Source: Narcine bancroftii
Lineage: Eukaryota
Direction: 5' to 3'
Length of the DNA stretch: 64,000 nt
Assembly (NCBI RefSeq): GCF_036971445.1
Contig: NC_091470.1
Span: 64,542,001 to 64,606,000, forward strand
Below are positions 36,122 to 50,500 of this stretch, piece after piece. Under the pieces are notes generated by a model. It was not told where the DNA came from, did no database searches, and saw only the letters and a program-made list of their open reading frames with translations. The stretch's first letter is position 1; the number at the start of each line of letters is the position of its first letter. The position numbers were made by a program, and so were the translations under genes.

Positions 36122-39100
36122 ATGGGAGGGAAAAGTAACCATTCCGATTGCTCGCCACTTCGTGGAGGGAATGCGCTTGATTTTTTCTTTGCAGGTAGCG
36201 AGAGAGAAGTTGCTGGAGCAAAACTTGACAGAAGCGGGTTCTGCAACTTATATTTGAGATCATTTCATTCGAGATTGTTAATTACAAAGAATACATCAGT
36301 TTCTGGTCATGTCAAATGGACGGTCTTGAATTTAACCTCAATTTCGAGCCTTCACTTTAGAAAACCATGTCAATGTTCCAAAATGCTGAGTGGAGCAAAA
36401 CGGTGGGAAGTGCGAAGCAGCAAATAGCCTTTCCCTAACCCTTGGGACAATGTTCTGTTTGGTTGCTGTGTATTTTCTTTGAAGATAATTGTAGCAGGAT
36501 AATGATTTTCTAGCTGAGACTCGGGTTTTATGCATTTGATTGCTTAAAAAAGGGATGTCTTGTTTTCTGGTTTACGATTGATCCTAATTTTGATTTGGAT
36601 CGTTGTGCAAGAAATTGGGAAATGGACCACAAGTTATTTGAAACTGCATCGCAATTTGTACAGACAGATGGGCTGAGAAGGTACACATTTTCTAAAGGAA
36701 GTTGCCAAGGGCAATTTGATAACCGTGAATTTGCTGAACAGCAGAGAGGTCATCAGACCTTAAAAGGAGTCATTCTCATTGTGAACTCTTCTACAGCTGG
36801 TCTATGGCTCACATGGAGACAAAAAAGAACTCAAGTGAGGTGGGGGAACAATGTGTATAGTCAACACTCAAGAGATCCTTTGCCTGTTGAGGATTGTGTC
36901 TTGAGTAGAACCACATCAATTATAATGATCAGGCATGGCAGAACACAGCTGCAAACAATGGAGCAAGGAAAATTAACTGTACAGATATTTTGACTTGTGG
37001 AATACAAGTCCATTAGGTGTTATGATCAAACTGAATAGAGAAAGTAGACTTAGGTTGTTATATTAGATATTTTAAAGAAAAAATTAACTCCTATGGTGGT
37101 CGTTCTCATCCTCTCAGGACTCCAATTTCAGTTATAAGTAATTAAAACGATTGGGGTGGAAAATGAGTAGAATTACCTGACCCAATTTAACAACAGTCAT
37201 CCTTTCATTTCAAAATGATAGCGAGCTCCAGTGAAACTTTCTTTGCAAAATTAGTGCATTAAAGAGATGCTAATTCAATTTCTAGGCTGGGATGTAAGAG
37301 GTTGCTAAAGGCTTCCTGATCGGGTCAGAGCGTGGGTTGTTGATGTTTTGGACTGAAGGAGTCTTGAATCTTCATCTTTTTTTAAATTAAAAAAAAAAGA
37401 CACACCTCTTTAATAACACTAAAACTTGTTAATGAAAATTGAAATGATCTCCCTTTTAGCACCATGTGTTTCTAGTCTATTCATTAAAAGGTGTTTGGAG
37501 GGAAAATAATGGACAAAATTCCTTAATATTAATATGTTGCAGTTTATTTCACAATTTGTTGGTTTTGACTAAATTTAAAGCCTTGAATATAAAAATGCTG
37601 CAGCAATCAGAATTTCACTCTGTTCTTTTAGGAAGAGGATGGTGAAATGAGACCACAATGGGTGTGTTGCATAATATTGGCAAATTTTTAATGTTTGTAA
37701 AATTTATTTTGTAAACTATTCTATGCATTTTTAATGTTGCTTTATTTTCTAAGAAAATGGTGCAAGAGTATTTTCCCTAACAGATGGCTATTTATTGTAT
37801 GGTGTCAAGACTGAGTTTTGTATTTATCAGTACAGTATACGTTTTGTTGTTAAGATTATTTTAAGAAATATTTAATGTTCATAGCAGTATCAATGTACAA
37901 TGTCAGTCAAATTTTTATTTAAAGTCTACAATTAATTTATTTCTTGTGAGCTTGTGAGCCTTGAATTTTTTTTTAAAAAAGCATGATTAAAATATAACCA
38001 TTTCAATGGTTTGTTAAATGGAAAGCAAAAATAAAATTGCATTTCAAGTATTTTTGGGATATTTTGAGCACAGCTGTTGAAATCTCTGTGATGACTGAAT
38101 ACTATTGGTTCTGCAGCAAGAAATACTGAAGAACATCTACAATTTGAAACCCTTTTATAATTCCAGGATCATTTTTTTAAGTTTCCAATTTATTAACTGT
38201 TACACAAGGACAATTCTCTTTCAGTCTCAGATTAGCTTTAAATTACACTGCCACATTTATTGATCAATATTAAATCCGTAGCCTAAGACTACCATTCTCA
38301 TTATCAATACCACTAATTGTGAGGGTCAGCTGCAAACCTATTAATCACATCCAGGTGGCAAATGTATGAACAAGCAAGGTCCCAGTCCTTATCCCTGGGT
38401 GCACTGTCAGTCACAGACTTCCAATCAGAAAGAGAACACTCCAGTATCAATATTGCAGGTGCTGGAATCTGGCGCCAAAAAAATGGTCAGCGTCAGGGGG
38501 AGGTGTGGGAGGAGGAATTGTCAACATTTCAGTTTGAGATCCTACATCAGGACAAATAATGAAGAGGGGGTAGCCAAAATAAGGAGGAAAGATGAAGGGG
38601 TAAAAGGGCATTTGCAAACCAGAGAAGGTAAAGATTCCATTATTGTCATGTAATACATGAAATTCTTTAATTTTTGTCTACTGTAAGACAGACTAGACGT
38701 TTTTATGGTGTAAGGATGCCTTGAATGCAGCTCAATGAAAATAAATAAATTTGAACTTGCCTTTTTATGGAGAAGGCCTACAAGGTGGATCCAGCGTTGC
38801 TTTCTCACTGAGCAGCATCTGGAGCAGTCTTCCAGAGCTGAGAGAGGAGGGGCGAGTGGTGCAGTAGCTCCGTCCATCATTCGCGACAGCATCCACATGC
38901 ACTGAGGAGGTAAAGTGGCCTACATCCAGAATGGCAACTGAAGAGCAGGTATGAGCGCAGGTGGAAATCTGTTCAAGGGGTCTTAGAACTCCAGGCAGAT
39001 ATCCTGCGCGACATAATTAGCTATGCCTGTATTATGGCATACGGGATTTTAAAAGTCCCACTCCTGGATAACGTCATCGTGATGTCATCAGCCCACCCCT

Positions 39101-39298
39101 TAACAATCACATTCGACGGCATTGCCTTCAGGGAGGAGGTGGAGAGAGATTTACTCCATCTCTGACTCTACCCTCCCCCACCCTGGCGGATCGTTGTCCG
39201 CCTGCTGAATCCGCACTCAGAGCTTTCAACAAGGCAAGTTTAGCCATGTAAAGGCAGAGAATATCTGCCTTTACATTTGCTTTTTCTTGCCCCTCACA

Positions 39299-39415
39299 GA
39301 AACCAACGGCACCTGGTGTTCCAAGGTGGGCTCCCCTCCAAATACTGACTAGGCCTGTGCCTACTTAGCTTCCGAGATCAGGCAATCTTAGGCATATTCA
39401 GGCTATTAGATGGGT
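39299..39415 (-). pseudogene. Degenerate 5S rRNA copy (or 5S-derived SINE head)
   Basis: GCACCTGGTGTTCCAAGG..CTCCCCTCCAAATACTGAC..CTTAGCTTCCGAGATCAG resembles the reverse complement of vertebrate 5S rRNA with many substitutions. Confidence 0.7.
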
Positions 39416-39589
39416 GTAACGTTCAAAAGTAAAACATTCATCCATGCTCTAAGTATACATGAAAGTATTAAAAATAAGGGTGATGAATTTCAAGAACACA
39501 AATCAGAACAAAGAATGACAAGGTGGCCACGAACTGACTCATCTGTCATAAGGGCAGGATTGGCTGCTTGATACTCTGGGGTTAAAATA

Positions 39590-40595
39590 TTTATAACATA
39601 ACATATAACATAACAATTACAGCACAGAAACAGGCCATTAGGCCGTTCTAGTCCGCACCGAACCAAACACCCCTCTCTAGTCCCACCTCCCTGCACAATG
39701 CCCATAACCCTCCATCTTCTTCTCATCCATATACCTGTCCAACCTTTTCTTAAATAATACAATTGACTCCGCCGCCACTATTTCTCCCGGAAGCTCATTC
39801 CACACGGCTACCACTCTCTGAGTAAAGAAGTTCCCCCTCATGTTACCTCTAAACCTCTGCCCCTTAATTCTTAACTCATGTCCTCTTGTTTTAATCTTTC
39901 CTCCTCTTAACGGAAATAGTCTATCCACATCCACTCTGTCTATCCCTTTCATAATCTTAAATACTTCTATCAAATCCCCTCTCAACCTTCTACGCTCCAA
40001 AGAATAAAGACCTAATCTGTCCAATCTCTCCCTATACTCTAGATGCTTAAACCCAGGTAACATTCTGGTAAACCTTCTCTGCACTCTCTCCACTCTGTTT
40101 ATATCCTTCCTATAATTAGGCAACCAGAACTGCACACAGAACTCCAAATTAGGAGTCTTATCCAATCTCAACATCACCTCCCAACTCCTATATTCCATGC
40201 AATGATTGATAAAGGCCAGCATACTAAAAGCCTTCTTCACCACCCTATTCACGTGAGTTTCTACCTTCAGGGAACGATGTACCGTTACTCCTAAATCTTT
40301 CTGCTCTTCTGTATTCATCAATGCTCTCCCATTTACCACGTATGTCCTGTTCTGATTCTTCTTACCAAAATGAAGCACCTCACACTTATCAGCATTAAAT
40401 TCCATCTGCCATTTTTCAGCCCACTTTTCTAAGCAGCCCAAATCCCTCTGCAATCCTTGAAAACCTTCTTCATTATCCACTATTCCACCTATCTTAGTAT
40501 CGTCTGCATATTTACTAATCCAATTCACCACCCCATCATCTAGATCATTAATGTATGTAACGAACAACAATGGGCCCAATACAGATCCTTGAGGA
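39590..40595 (-). mobile_element. Young 5'-truncated CR1 LINE (RT C-terminal part, open frame)
   Basis: ORF 39677..40645: PQGSVLGPLLF, SKYADDTK, WQMEFNADKC, LYSLERRRLRGDLIE; short-repeat 3' tail at ~39595-39620. Confidence 0.9.
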
Positions 40596-42169
40596 AAAAA
40601 AGATTGAGGGATATCTTCAGCATCTTGGCTGTGCATGGTACCCACCTGTTCAAACAGTACCTATGGCCAAGAAGAGCATGATAACCTATCTAAAATGACT
40701 ATTGAACAGCAGCACATCCACAGTGATGATGTGAGGTGGGAAGTGTGCTGACCTGCTGTATCACGGACTGGTATGAGGACACTGATACTCCTGAGCAGAA
40801 AGCCCTGTGAAAGGTAGCTGGCACAACAAAGGGAGAATCCTCTCCATCATTGATGACATCTACAGGATATACTGGTGTCATCACGTTAAAAAAACTCCCC
40901 CATCTCTTTTGGCTCCATACACAGCCGACCACTATGATCTTCAAGGAGACCAATTTTGCACTTAAACATCCTTTTGCTCTTAATATACTTGTAGAAACCC
41001 TTAGGATTTTCCTTCACATTGTCTGCCAAAGTAACCTCACATCTTCTTTTAGCCTTTCTGATTTTTTTCTTTTTTTTTTTGCATTTATTATACACCTCAA
41101 GTATCACATTTGCTTCGTGTTGCCTATACCTATTATACACCTCTCTCTTGTTCCGAACCAGATCCCCAATATCCCTTGAAAATCAATGATCTGCTTGCTT
41201 AACTTTGGATTTAATCCTGACAGAACAAACTGTGAACTCTCAAAATTTCACCTTTGATGGTCCTCCACTTGCCTCGCAAATCCTTGCCGCAAAACAACTT
41301 ATCCCAATCCACACATTCTTGATCCTTTCTCATTTCCTCAAAATTGACGTTTCTCCAATTTAGAATCTCAGCCCGAGGCCCAGACCTATCCTTCATCATA
41401 ATTAACTTGAAACTAATGGCACTGGACCCACAATGTTCCCCATTCTTCTGTTACCTGTCCTGTCTCATTCTCTCATAGGAGATTCAGTATTGCTCCCTCT
41501 CTAGTTGGTACCCCTATATATTGATTTAGAAAACTTTCCTGAACAGGTATCTTTTACCCACTATGGACACAGCGAGACTGGCTGAGTTCCTCCACCATCT
41601 GTGTTTTTGCTACATCAACTGACACCAGCCTTCAATTCACTCCTAACTTGCCTTTCCCACTCCATTCTGCTGCCCATATCCGACCCAGAACCAAACTTAT
41701 TCACCTTCTCTGATCCCAATCTACAATGGATCCTGATTAAGGTTACAATGTTCAAGTTATCCTTGTATTTAAATTCCTCCATTATTGCAAATTCCTTTCA
41801 TAACTCTGTGCTCCTTTAACCTTGTCATTCTGAGATACTGTGCTCCTCTGGGTTCATCCTTCAATATAAATATTTCACCACTAATTCCCAAAGACGTGGA
41901 GATTTAGACTTTAACTGCCTTTCAAAATCTCGTTTCCTTTCACTTTGTGAAAAAGGTTTTCTTACTGAAGCATTTAGCCATCATCTGCAACATTTCTTTC
42001 TGTGAATGTTTTTGGTTTGGTACCAATGGAAAATTTTTCAATGTTAAAGGGCATCATATAAATGGATTTTTTATGGAAAAATATTACAACTCAGTGTTGC
42101 CAATATTTTTTCATTAACATTTTTAAAGTGTGTGATTAAGTCATAATCTCATCCTTTGGTTTTTCCCCT

Positions 42170-45100
42170 TATTCCATTCCAGCAGAAATTTATGAGAATC
42201 ATCTTGTGGCAAAGCTTTCCATTCCAGGACATTGAGATGTCCTCTTTCTTCAGTAAACATGGTTTTCTCTCTGCTATCAACACAGCGATGATCCACATCT
42301 TCTCAATTTCCTGCATATCTGGCCTTGTCCGCCTAACCACCCTCCCTCCGACACAACAGGGATAACATCCCCCTCGTCCTTACTGCATCAAACATATTAC
42401 TCTCCACAATTTCCATTCCTTCAACGGGATCTACCACCAGATACATCTTCCCCTCTCCTCTTTCCACAAGAATTGCTCTCTCCTCAGTCCTACACTCTGC
42501 CGCCACCACACACCACCGCCCCCCCCCCCCCACCCCATCACTTATCCCAGCAATCAGAACAAGTGCTACACCTGTATTTCCTCCCTCACTACCATTCAGG
42601 CCCCTGAACAATCCTTCCAAGTGAGTCAATACATCACTTGGGAATCTGAAGGGATCATTTAGTAATATCGATACTCCCGGTGAGACTTCCTCTACGTCAA
42701 GGAGACTAGATATATATTGTGAGAATCATGAAAACTGCTTTGTAATGGCCAGGATCTCCCAGTGGCTAGCCACTCTAATTCACTTCCCATTCCCATACTG
42801 ACATGTCTGTCTATGGCAGGGATGAGCAATTAGTCTTCCCAAAGGGCCACATGATAAACAGAAAATATTGTGGAGGGCCGGACCAATAGGCTGAACTAAA
42901 TTATGCTTAATATTAATTCTCTCTCTTTATAAAAGCAGTAAATTGCATTGTTTTGACAAGATGTGACTGATAAGAGTAAATGTGATGATTAAGCAATGGA
43001 AAATAAGCTTAGGAAAAACATCATTTATTCAATCAAAATTACCCCAAACAATTGTAAACAAAATGTGCATGTTCAGAAATGTACCATTTTTGAAAGACCA
43101 GCATTAAATCAGCTTTATTCAAATTGTTATTACCATTTTGCTTGTAGTCCAACCACCTCATTTGCTGTTTTTCAGTACTTTTTTCTTGTTCAGTGAGAGA
43201 AATCTAGTCTCTGTTGGGCTTGAACAAGTGCATCGAAGTCTGGCTGAATGTCTGAGGTGGATAGGCGAAGGACAGCTGACAGATGATCATCAGTGAGAGA
43301 GCATCTATACGTGGATTTGTTAAACTTCATCACTGAGAATGTTTGTTCACATATGTAGGTAGAGCCAAAGAGAACCAACATCTTCTGAGCATACCTCCTC
43401 ATGTGTGGAAAGTTCTCCTCCTTGAGAGAAAAGTTAAAAATCCAGCAGTGAAACTGACTTAAACTGCTTTGCCGGTGTCACGTCACATTGCGGGTCGATG
43501 AGTTCCACCTGAATGTCACTGGGTGCAGGTAAAGGGAGAGGAAATCATGTACATTTCACCCTCAACTGTTTGGAAGTCTTGAAAACTCACCATGCAGTGC
43601 TTGTAACATGGATGAGTACCTGCGGAGGTGAACAGCTGATGGTATGACTTCTTTCAGGGTTTGCATGTGAGTGAGTATTGCTCTCCAGTTGACTTGAAAG
43701 AAACTGCAACTTCTCATGAAAGACTTCACTCGGCTGTACATTTCATGAACAAAAAGGCCCCAACATTGCAGTTTGGTATTTAGTTCATTCATCAATGCAG
43801 TCACATCGACAGCAAATGCAAGATGTGCCATCCATTTCCCATCTGTGAGTTCTGGTATGTCTTTGCCTTTCTTCTCACAAAACTCTTGAATCTCTGCTTT
43901 CAGGTCCCAAACTCTTTTCAGCACTGAGCCATCTTACAGTTGTGTGGTAGCCTATGTCACCCTGTTCAATCTCATGCTCCTCCATGAGTCAACAAACTGT
44001 CTGTGATTTAATGCTGTGCTCTGATGAAGCTAACTATTTTAGTTACATCAATAACATGGTTAAGTTTTAGCACTGACTTACACAACACATTCTGATGTAT
44101 GATACAATGTAATACCAATTTCAGTTCTGGGTTGATTTCAGTCACTTTATCTGGCATCTGTTTCAAAAGTCCAATGTTTTTCCCTGTTAAGATTTGGACA
44201 ACCATCCGTTGTAACACCTTCCAGTCTGTCCCATTTCAGTCCCAGCTTGTCCAGGCACTCATTTACCTCCGTGAACAAATCACTCCCCGCCATCGTCCCT
44301 TTCATTGACCGCCGCATTGCCGCCAGCTCCTCCATAATCTTAAAGTCCATTGTTATCCCACGGACAAAGATGAGTAACTGGGCTGTGACTTGGACATCAC
44401 AGGTCTCGTCCAAAGCCAAGGAGAAAAAAATCAATACTGTCCATTTTATTTTGCAGCTGAAGCTCCATATTTCCCGCGATGTCCTCAATCCTTCTCGTCA
44501 CGGTTCGTCTGGAGAGGGGCACGTTCCCGAATGCTTCTTTTTTCTCGGGGCATATTAGCACTGCAGAGTCCACCAAACACTCTTTGATGAACTCCCCACC
44601 CCCCCTCCCCCAGAGAATGACAATGTTTCTGGCAATTTTGTAGGATATTACAAAGCTGGTCTTGGCTGCTGCATCCCTGGATGTATGAAGCTTGATAAAA
44701 AAGCCTTGTTGCTTTTGCAGCTCAACTAACAAAGCTTCAGATGTCTGTGCCCGTTTGGCATCAGTCAGGTTTTTGTATTTCTCCGCGTGTTTAGTCTCGT
44801 AATGGCGATTCAAATTGTAATCCTTAAACACAGCAATCTGCTCTCCACAAACTAAACCCATGGCTTTACCTCTTGACTTCAGTCAATAAATACTTAGTAG
44901 TCCATGTTTTGTTTAAAAACTCTGCATCAATCTTTCTTTTATTTTAAGCATGAGCAGACATTTTTGTGGGCTAACACTCGTAAACTGAGTAAAGGTAAAG
45001 GAGTGCGCACACAGATTTATATACGTAGGCTACGCACATATGTAGCCTACGTACATACATAACTTGCGCAAAAAGGACACCTTCAAAATAAAAGCAATGC

Positions 45101-45740
45101 AGTTTTAATCCATGCATGGGGTAAACTTATTTAAGTTTTATTTTCTAATTTCCGATTAACCTTACGCAGGCTGGTCAGGGACAGCCAAAGGGCCGGATGT
45201 GGCCTGGGGGCCGTACATTGCCCAGGTCTGGTCTATGGCCCACTTTACTGTCAAATTGAGGCCACACTCAAATGAGAACACCACCTTATATTCCATTATT
45301 GTAATTGCCAACCAGACATCAACATCGACTTCTCCAATATCCAGTAACCTTCCCTGCACCACCCCTCATTTTCACTCCATTTCTTCAGTTTTCCCACCCT
45401 CTCAACATGCTCATCACTTTCCTTCCTTTAGCTCCCTATCTCCTTCCTTTCATCATCTACTGTCCTATTAGAGTGTCTCTTCCTTAACTCTCTGCCTTTT
45501 CCTATCACTTCCTTCTTTCCCCATCCACCTTCCTCCTCCATTCACCTGCCAGCTGTGCTCCTCCCCCTGCCCCCACCTTTTTTTAAATTTAGGTTTCTGC
45601 CCTCTTGGTAGTGCCGATGAAGAGTTTTTGGCCCAAAACATCGATTGTCTATTGCAAAAGGTTGAAAGTGTCTACTGCCTTCCATGCACATTGCTGACCC
45701 ATTAGGTTCCTCTGACATTTCATGTGTTGCTCCAGTTTTC
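42170..45740 (+). mobile_element. Degenerate Penelope-like element split by the hAT insertion
   Basis: EMSSFFSKHGF fragment; sequence CATACTGACATGTCTGTCTATGG resumes as GTCTATGGCC after 45230. Confidence 0.6.
42817..45230 (-). mobile_element. Full-length decayed hAT transposon (GTF2IRD2/Charlie-like transposase pseudogene)
   Basis: 8-bp TSD GTCTATGG at 42809-42816 and 45231-45238; imperfect TIRs CAGGGATGAGCAAT / ATTGCCCAGGTCTG; motifs KDYNLNRHYETKH, SLALDETCD, TTDGCP, HCIIHQ, FGSTYICEQTFS. Confidence 0.92.
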
Positions 45741-46746
45741 CAGCATCTATTTGCATCCATGTTGTAACTGGGCTTCATGCATAATAAATAGGAACAGAAG
45801 GAAATTGTTCCTATTCCACGTCATTTAATGTTTCAGTCCCACATCATTTAATTTTGTCTATAAACAGAACACTATAAACCCTTAATTAGAATAAAAATGA
45901 ATAAATGTGAGAAAAAGAATGTGTCAATAATTAGAAACACTTTCAACCTTTAGCAACTTTTGATGTGAATAAAATAACAGCAAAATAATCACTTTCTATT
46001 AACCATTTTGCAAGAATATGTTAAAATACATTTTTCAAACATGCACTTCTTAGCTATACCATATGGTGGCAGCAGTGTACCACACGTTGAAATGAATTTA
46101 CACAGTATTGTTGTACCCTGCAAAACAATTCATAAATTAAGCAAATGCATATAAAAACTCTGTCTTTCTCGTGCAGCAGCGTTAAATGTATATTTCATCT
46201 TCAGTTGAGGCTGAACACAACCTGTGTTTTAAATCTTGGAACTAAACAGGTCCCCCAGCAGCTCTGCACCTTTGATGCATTATGACTCTAGGGCCAACAT
46301 ACTTCCCCTTTTCCAGAGCAAAGTGACCCTTCTGACATTAATTACTCAAGTTTTTGAAACAAAAAGCTAAGCAATTTTTATATGTCCTTGAAAGAATGAG
46401 TGAAAACACTCATCCCAACAAGATAAAAGGTAGCCCAAAACATGTTTGCCTGCCAAGAATCCCAGAAGACATATTGAGAGCAGCTGCAAGGGGTGGAGTG
46501 TGACAGAGAGGAAAAAAAACATGAATGGATCTCTGCAGATGAGGATATGCTGTAGAGGTGGGGAAGGAGTCTGCAGGGACAGAGATTATACTGAGGAAAG
46601 GAAGCACTTATGCATGGTGAAATAAGGAGACAAACAACAATTACTGTATTTTATTTAAAACCCCAGACGAATGTCATAAATGTGATTTCTTGGAGTCAGA
46701 AATAACTATTTATAATTCTTAATAATTTTTTCTGGTGCAAAATCAA

Positions 46747-47574
46747 TTCAAATGAAATTGATTGGAGTAGTGGCAGCAGGGAATATGAGAAAGGGAAAGT
46801 CGAAAGTAGTTGTGATTGGATTGTTGGGAACGGTTGCCCCTAAAACTCTGTGTAATGATTATTACTCATTTGCCTATATCTAAAAGACAGATGGACATAA
46901 AATTTAATGCAGGGAAGTGTTAAGTTATAAAGACTTGGGAAAAAGAATGAGGAGAAGCAATACCAACTAAGCCATTCAATGTCAGAGGGACACTGAATGC
47001 CGAACAAATGTTTAAAACAAAGGACAAGAAAATTTAAATGTGTTAAAACATGTTCGTATTTGATTGAATAAAAGGAACCCATTCCTTTGCCATATCTTTA
47101 AAAGTCGTCGCAACAGCTCAGAACATTCTTTTCAGTTTCCCCAATTTCCTTTTCCAAGCTACTGACAAATCTCCTGTCATGCAAAATTATATTTTTTTTC
47201 ACTGCATCTTTTGCAGCGAGTACCACCCCATTCATAAGTAGAACCAGTCTCCTCCCATTTGCTTGATCAATTTTGAAATTCTCAAAAAAATAGCACCTTC
47301 ATATTCTTAGCACCAAGAAGAAGTCTCTGCTTTCCTATTAAAGGAAGCTGATCATTCGCAGATCATTATGGTAAAATGACTCTGCATCCTTTCCAAGGTC
47401 TTACCATCCTCCCTAATGTGTGTTCAAAACTTCGTCCAATGATGTTCCGTATAATCATTACACAGAGTTTTAGGGGCAACCGTTATAGAGTTCCCAACAA
47501 TCCAATCACAACTACTTTCGACTTTCCCTTTCTCATATTCCCTGCTGCCACTACTCCAATCAATTTCATCTGAA
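46747..47574. repeat. Inverted repeat with ~115-bp arms and ~590-bp spacer
   Basis: 46747-46862 is the reverse complement of 47451-47574 apart from one mismatch near the outer end and an 8-bp indel. Confidence 0.9.
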
Positions 47575-50500
47575 CATTATCCTTCAACACATTTTCAAAT
47601 GCAAATCCAGTTAAAAATGAACAGGCATATGGTTAAAACTATGTAATAAATTAAAAGTAAATATACATTTGAAATTTTTGTTAAATATAATTTTACTCTC
47701 TAACCCTTTGGATTGGATAACAATTCAGCAGAATTTTTTTAAAAATTCTCAACATACTGCAAATTATCAATCCAGTTTGTGCTTTGGCAGGTTCCTGTAA
47801 GATGTTTGCTTCAAACTCCACCAATTGCTCTCAATTCTGAAGATGCTACCAAATGTTGGGTTCATTGCACTTTAATAGAATTTAGTCTCGAATCAATTGA
47901 TTGACAGTTCTTCAGCAGCAGGAACGTCAGTCATTCAGTTTATCATTTCTTTGTGGTAAAAGTTGAAGGTATTTTTTGGTGGAGACTGATAACAATTTAC
48001 CAATTGTCCCCTACTGTTGAACAGTTTCTCTTTAGTCAATGTCATAGATGTGCTCAATCTGACCACATGCAACTGGCTGACTGTTTATAAAGAGGTTAAT
48101 TTTTTTTATTCAGTCAGACAGGACAGAACAGGCCCATCAGCCCAACTGCATTTATTAATTGAACTTATTTTACCCACCCTGAAAAAGAATGTAAATAGCT
48201 ATTCAGATAGTGTGAAATGTTGAACTTTGGGAAGGATATGGTAAATGTCAGTATCTCAGGAGCATTGGTGTACGGGGCGGGGAGGTGGGGGAAACTTGGG
48301 GTACAAGTCCGTTGTTGCTTGAAAGTGGTAACACAGGTAGGAAGGTTGATAAAGCAGGCTGGGGCATTGCGAAAAAAGTGAGCGAGTCACACTGTAGCTG
48401 TACAAAACTTTGGGTAGGCCATATTTGGAGTGCTGTGCACCATTCGCTGCATTACAGAAAGGATGTGGGGGCTTTGGAGGAGGTGTTGCAAAAGTTTACC
48501 AACATGTAACCTGGATTAGAGAGTATTAGCTGTAATGAAAGGTTAGATGCATCTAGATTGTTCTCTCTGCAACATTGGAGCTGAAGGAACTCCTGACAGA
48601 AGGTTATGAGGCATAGAAAGGTGAAATAATCAGTTATTCCAAGGGTGAAAATTTAAAATATTATAGCATACATGTATATTGGTAGACACCAACCATTTCA
48701 ATAGAATTTCTCCACAACACACTTGCCAACTGCCCCAAACCAAGCCAGTGGCAAGAAGTAGTAAACACTGCAATATTGTATCCAGAGCAGTCATATAATG
48801 CTCATACCTACTCCCACACTGTTAGTTTTAAGCAACTGCAAGGGCAGAGTAGGAGGGAAATAAAATGACAAAACAAAATGCTTGTTTGATCAAACCCTCT
48901 GCCAAAGGATCTGAAGAGATCCAAACCTTGCCCTTCAAAGCTGGCTCAGTCACACTTTTTTCAAATTTAAGTGGGGGCGACCAAGCAAAATTCCAATTTG
49001 TGGTCATTTATCATTTGAGCCTTGGACCTCCACGAAGTAATGGCACACAGACGATGATTGTGTGGAGATTCTCAAACATGCAACATTGGATTAAACAGAT
49101 TTATTACACATTACAGTGTAAACCTGTTTGAAGATAAATATCCAAATGGGTAGCAATTCTGCCTCAACTTACTATATTAGATTTCCTTCATAGTCTTATT
49201 GTCCTTCATTCCCCTTTGATCAGACTGAAACTAGATTTAATATTAATTGATCAATACTTGAAAAATAATTATTTTTCCTCAGAATCCCCTTCCAATCTTT
49301 TGTGACACTGAGCATTTTCCCTCTTTCTGCCATTCTTCCCTAAACTCAATTAGTACCTTCTGTTTTTGATTACACTCTTAACTGTTCCATCTGCTGCTCT
49401 ATCAGCTTTAGTAATTTTGCTGACTTCGTACAGACAATTCTAACATTGCCAACTCCCTGATCATGTACAAATGAAATTACCACAATATCCCAAGGCAGAA
49501 AAAGAGATAATAAAAGGATAACTATTTTTCAAAGTTGCAGTTAGTACAAGAAAAAAAGTAATATTTCAATTGTGCGAACAGATCTTTTGGTGGTGTCAGT
49601 AATACTGGGAGGTTCAAGAGACTGATGGCCAATGGAATGAAAACTGTCCCTGAAAGGTACAAAATTCTGTACCTTCTGCCTGAAAGTAACAGTGAGAAGA
49701 GATTGTACTTGGGGTGATGTGGATCTTTTGTGAAATTGGCTGCCTTCTTGAGGCATCTATCACACATAGATGTCATAAATAGACACAAGATCAGTGCCTG
49801 AGTTGGACTTAAATGGGTTCACCACCTTCTCCAAATTTCTGAGTTCCTGGGCACTAAACCGTAATGCAATCAGTCAGTATTCTTCCCATAATCTACCTGT
49901 GGAAGTTCGATTGAAATTTTTTCAGACTTCTTGAAAAATAGAGCTGTTGGCGTGCTTGCTTAATGATCACCTGGGATGTAATGGCTCCAGGAGAGGTCCT
50001 CAAATATGTGAATTCCCAGGATCTTGAACAAACTACCCTTCTCTACCACCATCCCATCAATAAAGATAGGAGTGTGGTCAATAATTCATCATACAGTTAT
50101 GCATATTTTCTGTTTAATAGTCATAAAATTCTTACTTAACAGCTAGCCAATATTTTATTTACTTACTTTTTAATGATGTAATTTGTGCCCCCATCAAGAA
50201 CTGATGTAGCTCCATTCTGAAGAAAGACAGGATGATTCCTCTAATTCCACCAGAAAACAGGAACTCGCTCTGCTATTGGACAAACTGTGTCACATAGATA
50301 ACTGAAAGGAATGTAGTTAACGTTTGTCTTTCTATTACGTAAAACTATGGACTTGTCTCTGGGATATAGAAATAACTGTTTAAACTGGTCAATAAACTTC
50401 AAAATGTACTTTAATCGTATGTCACAAAATCATTAATAGAAATTGATCACTAAAACTTGCTCAGAATTTTATATTAAAATTTATATTATAATTTTTTGAT

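Noticed and set aside
39677-40645. 322-aa ORF as a host gene
   Set aside because: CR1 reverse transcriptase 3' fragment fused to flanking sequence
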